Shown here: positions 25,198 to 26,387 of the stretch, one piece after another | How the letters are laid out: each line of letters begins with the position of its first letter | Numbering within the stretch: the stretch's first letter is position 1 | Origin: Chloroflexia bacterium | Lineage (GTDB): Bacteria > Chloroflexota > Chloroflexia > QHBQ01 > JAICKM01 | Assembly (NCBI GenBank): GCA_038252265.1 | Contig: JBBSAN010000009.1 | Span: 1-26,387 of the forward strand | Reading direction: 5' to 3' | Length of the DNA: 26,387 nucleotides | Notes under the pieces: model-generated | What the model saw: the letters and a program-made list of their open reading frames with translations, nothing else | Told to the model about the DNA's origin: nothing | Databases searched by the model: none | Translations under genes and position numbers: made by a program

Positions 25198-26385
25198 TTA
25201 TTGGTTGCCGCCGGACGGGCCGGTTGGCATGAGCTGTTTGTATTGCTGCCAGTTGCGATTATAATCCTGAATGCTCTGCTCTGCATAGGTGCGGGCGCGG
25301 TCTGCCGTACCGCTCGCGTTGTCGAACGCCTGCTGGGTGGTGATCACCGCGTTGCAGTCGGCGCGGGCCTTGGTCTGATCACAGGCGGTCTGGGCCAGTT
25401 TCAGGTCATCCTGGGCCTGTTGCGCCTTGTAGATCGCATAAGCCATCGCCCCCAGGTCCTCGATGTATTGCTGGGCAGCGATGACGCCCTGACCACGGGC
25501 CGCCAGGGCATTGGTCATCTGCTGGTGATGCTGCCGCTGCTCGGACGGGACCGCCAGTTGGGCCAGTTGGCTCTTCACGCTGGAGCTATCATCCACGAAC
25601 TTCTCGAACTGGGTGGCCGCGATATCATAGCCCAGGGAGCCGTTTTGCACCCCTTCCATCGTATGCTCGATGTCGGCGTCCTGCGCGGTCACCTGCTGGA
25701 GGATGGTGGCGAGCTGCCCGAAATAGTGTTCGGCGCGGGCCTGGGCGGTGACGGTAGGGGCGGCGGCCTGGGTCGCCTCGCGCCGAGCGGTGGCCTGGGC
25801 GACCGCTCCCTGGGTGACGGTGGCGACCACGGTCGCCGTCGCATTGCTACTGGCGGCGGCAGCCTGAGCCGTGGCCTCGGCGCTGGACTGCTGGGCCGGG
25901 CGGATGGCAAAGGCGTAGACGCCGACCAGCGCCAGCAACAGCACGACCCCTACTGTGATCAGCCCCCCCATCAGCAAGCGGCGAGCCGCGCCCGGCTGGG
26001 CCGTCCTGGGCCGTTTGGGAGCCAGCACCGTCTGGGGGGGCGGCAGTTCGTGGGGGATAGCCGGGGCGGGCGGCTCGGCAAGCTCGGCGGCATTCAGAGG
26101 CCGGGAGATCAGACTTCGCGGTTGCGGCGCGATACTCAGGTCCAGCGGGGTGCTGCTCAGGAGCGGCCCCTGGCCGAGCGCCTGGGCGGTCAGCACGCCG
26201 GTTGCGGGCGGATTGGCCGAGGTGGACGTGGCCGGGGCGGTGGCACCCGCTGCGGGCAACGGTCGCCCGCAACGCAAACAAAAGCGGTCGCCCGGATTCG
26301 CCCGCATCCCACAATTCGCACAGGCCAGGCTGTCTCCGGCCCCACGCGCGTCCGGCCCTGGTGTGTCGAGGGGCCGGGCCGCCAT
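25198..26385 (-). CDS. Membrane protein with N-terminal zinc-ribbon (CxxC-x14-CxxC), Pro/Ala-rich linker, one TM helix and a Q/A-rich extracytoplasmic domain. Anti-sigma / signal-transducer-like architecture. The start may lie beyond the window.
   Basis: ATG at 26385, 2 nt from the window end. CANCGMRANPGDRFCLRCG, then TM LLMGGLITVGVVLLLALVGVYAFAI. Confidence 0.5.
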   Translation of the reverse strand: MAARPLDTPGPDARGAGDSLACANCGMRANPGDRFCLRCGRPLPAAGATAPATSTSANPPATGVLTAQALGQGPLLSSTPLDLSIAPQPRSLISRPLNAAELAEPPAPAIPHELPPPQTVLAPKRPRTAQPGAARRLLMGGLITVGVVLLLALVGVYAFAIRPAQQSSAEATAQAAAASSNATATVVATVTQGAVAQATARREATQAAAPTVTAQARAEHYFGQLATILQQVTAQDADIEHTMEGVQNGSLGYDIAATQFEKFVDDSSSVKSQLAQLAVPSEQRQHHQQMTNALAARGQGVIAAQQYIEDLGAMAYAIYKAQQAQDDLKLAQTACDQTKARADCNAVITTQQAFDNASGTADRARTYAEQSIQDYNRNWQQYKQLMPTGPSGGNQ

Positions 26386-26387
26386 AC

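Noticed and set aside
23490-25286. Possibility that the regularly spaced small-gene array is a CRISPR or other nucleotide-repeat array
   Set aside because: Periodicity is at the protein-paralog level (about 330-380 bp units with diverged DNA), not short identical direct repeats with spacers. No cas genes are present.

Overview
This is a high-GC (roughly 65%) bacterial chromosomal window that is almost entirely coding. Positions 1-15438 form one co-directional minus-strand block. The centrepiece is a ~10 kb translationally coupled operon on the minus strand (15438 down to 5261) that encodes a phage-tail-like contractile injection system (CIS/eCIS type). In transcription order it encodes a DUF4255/Afp16-like cap, sheath, tube, a Pro/Arg-rich ORF in the tape-measure position, a LysM tube-initiator (Afp7-like), a gpD/VgrG-like spike, a PAAR-like tip, gp25/GPW, baseplate-J fused to a C-terminal BNR (Asp-box) beta-propeller, and P2 gpI-like. 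The window contains no tail fibre, AAA+ ATPase or recognisable effector. Directly downstream on the same strand lie a ceramidase/CREST-family membrane hydrolase, two paralogous bitopic membrane proteins (Ig-like N-domain, Pro-linker, TM, repeat-containing C-domain) and two small membrane proteins. A divergent promoter region (15439-16227) leads to a radical-SAM/HhH protein. Ordinary genes follow: an NAD-kinase-like protein, an SPFH/band-7 protein, an MCP chemoreceptor and a secreted purple-acid-phosphatase-like metallophosphoesterase. At the right end there is a tRNA-Gln(CUG) with a downstream palindrome. Upstream of the tRNA on the same strand is a tandem array of five paralogous small zinc-ribbon proteins that share an N-terminal [M-D-x-P-T-R-R-L-D] motif; one has an in-frame TGA and a rho-independent-like terminator lies inside the array. 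A zinc-ribbon/TM membrane protein sits upstream of the array. A perfect 35-bp inverted repeat (19632-19666 / 19720-19754) lies in the SPFH/MCP intergenic region. The ORF track reports TTG/GTG as M, so several starts were re-set to ATG codons with good Shine-Dalgarno sequences.
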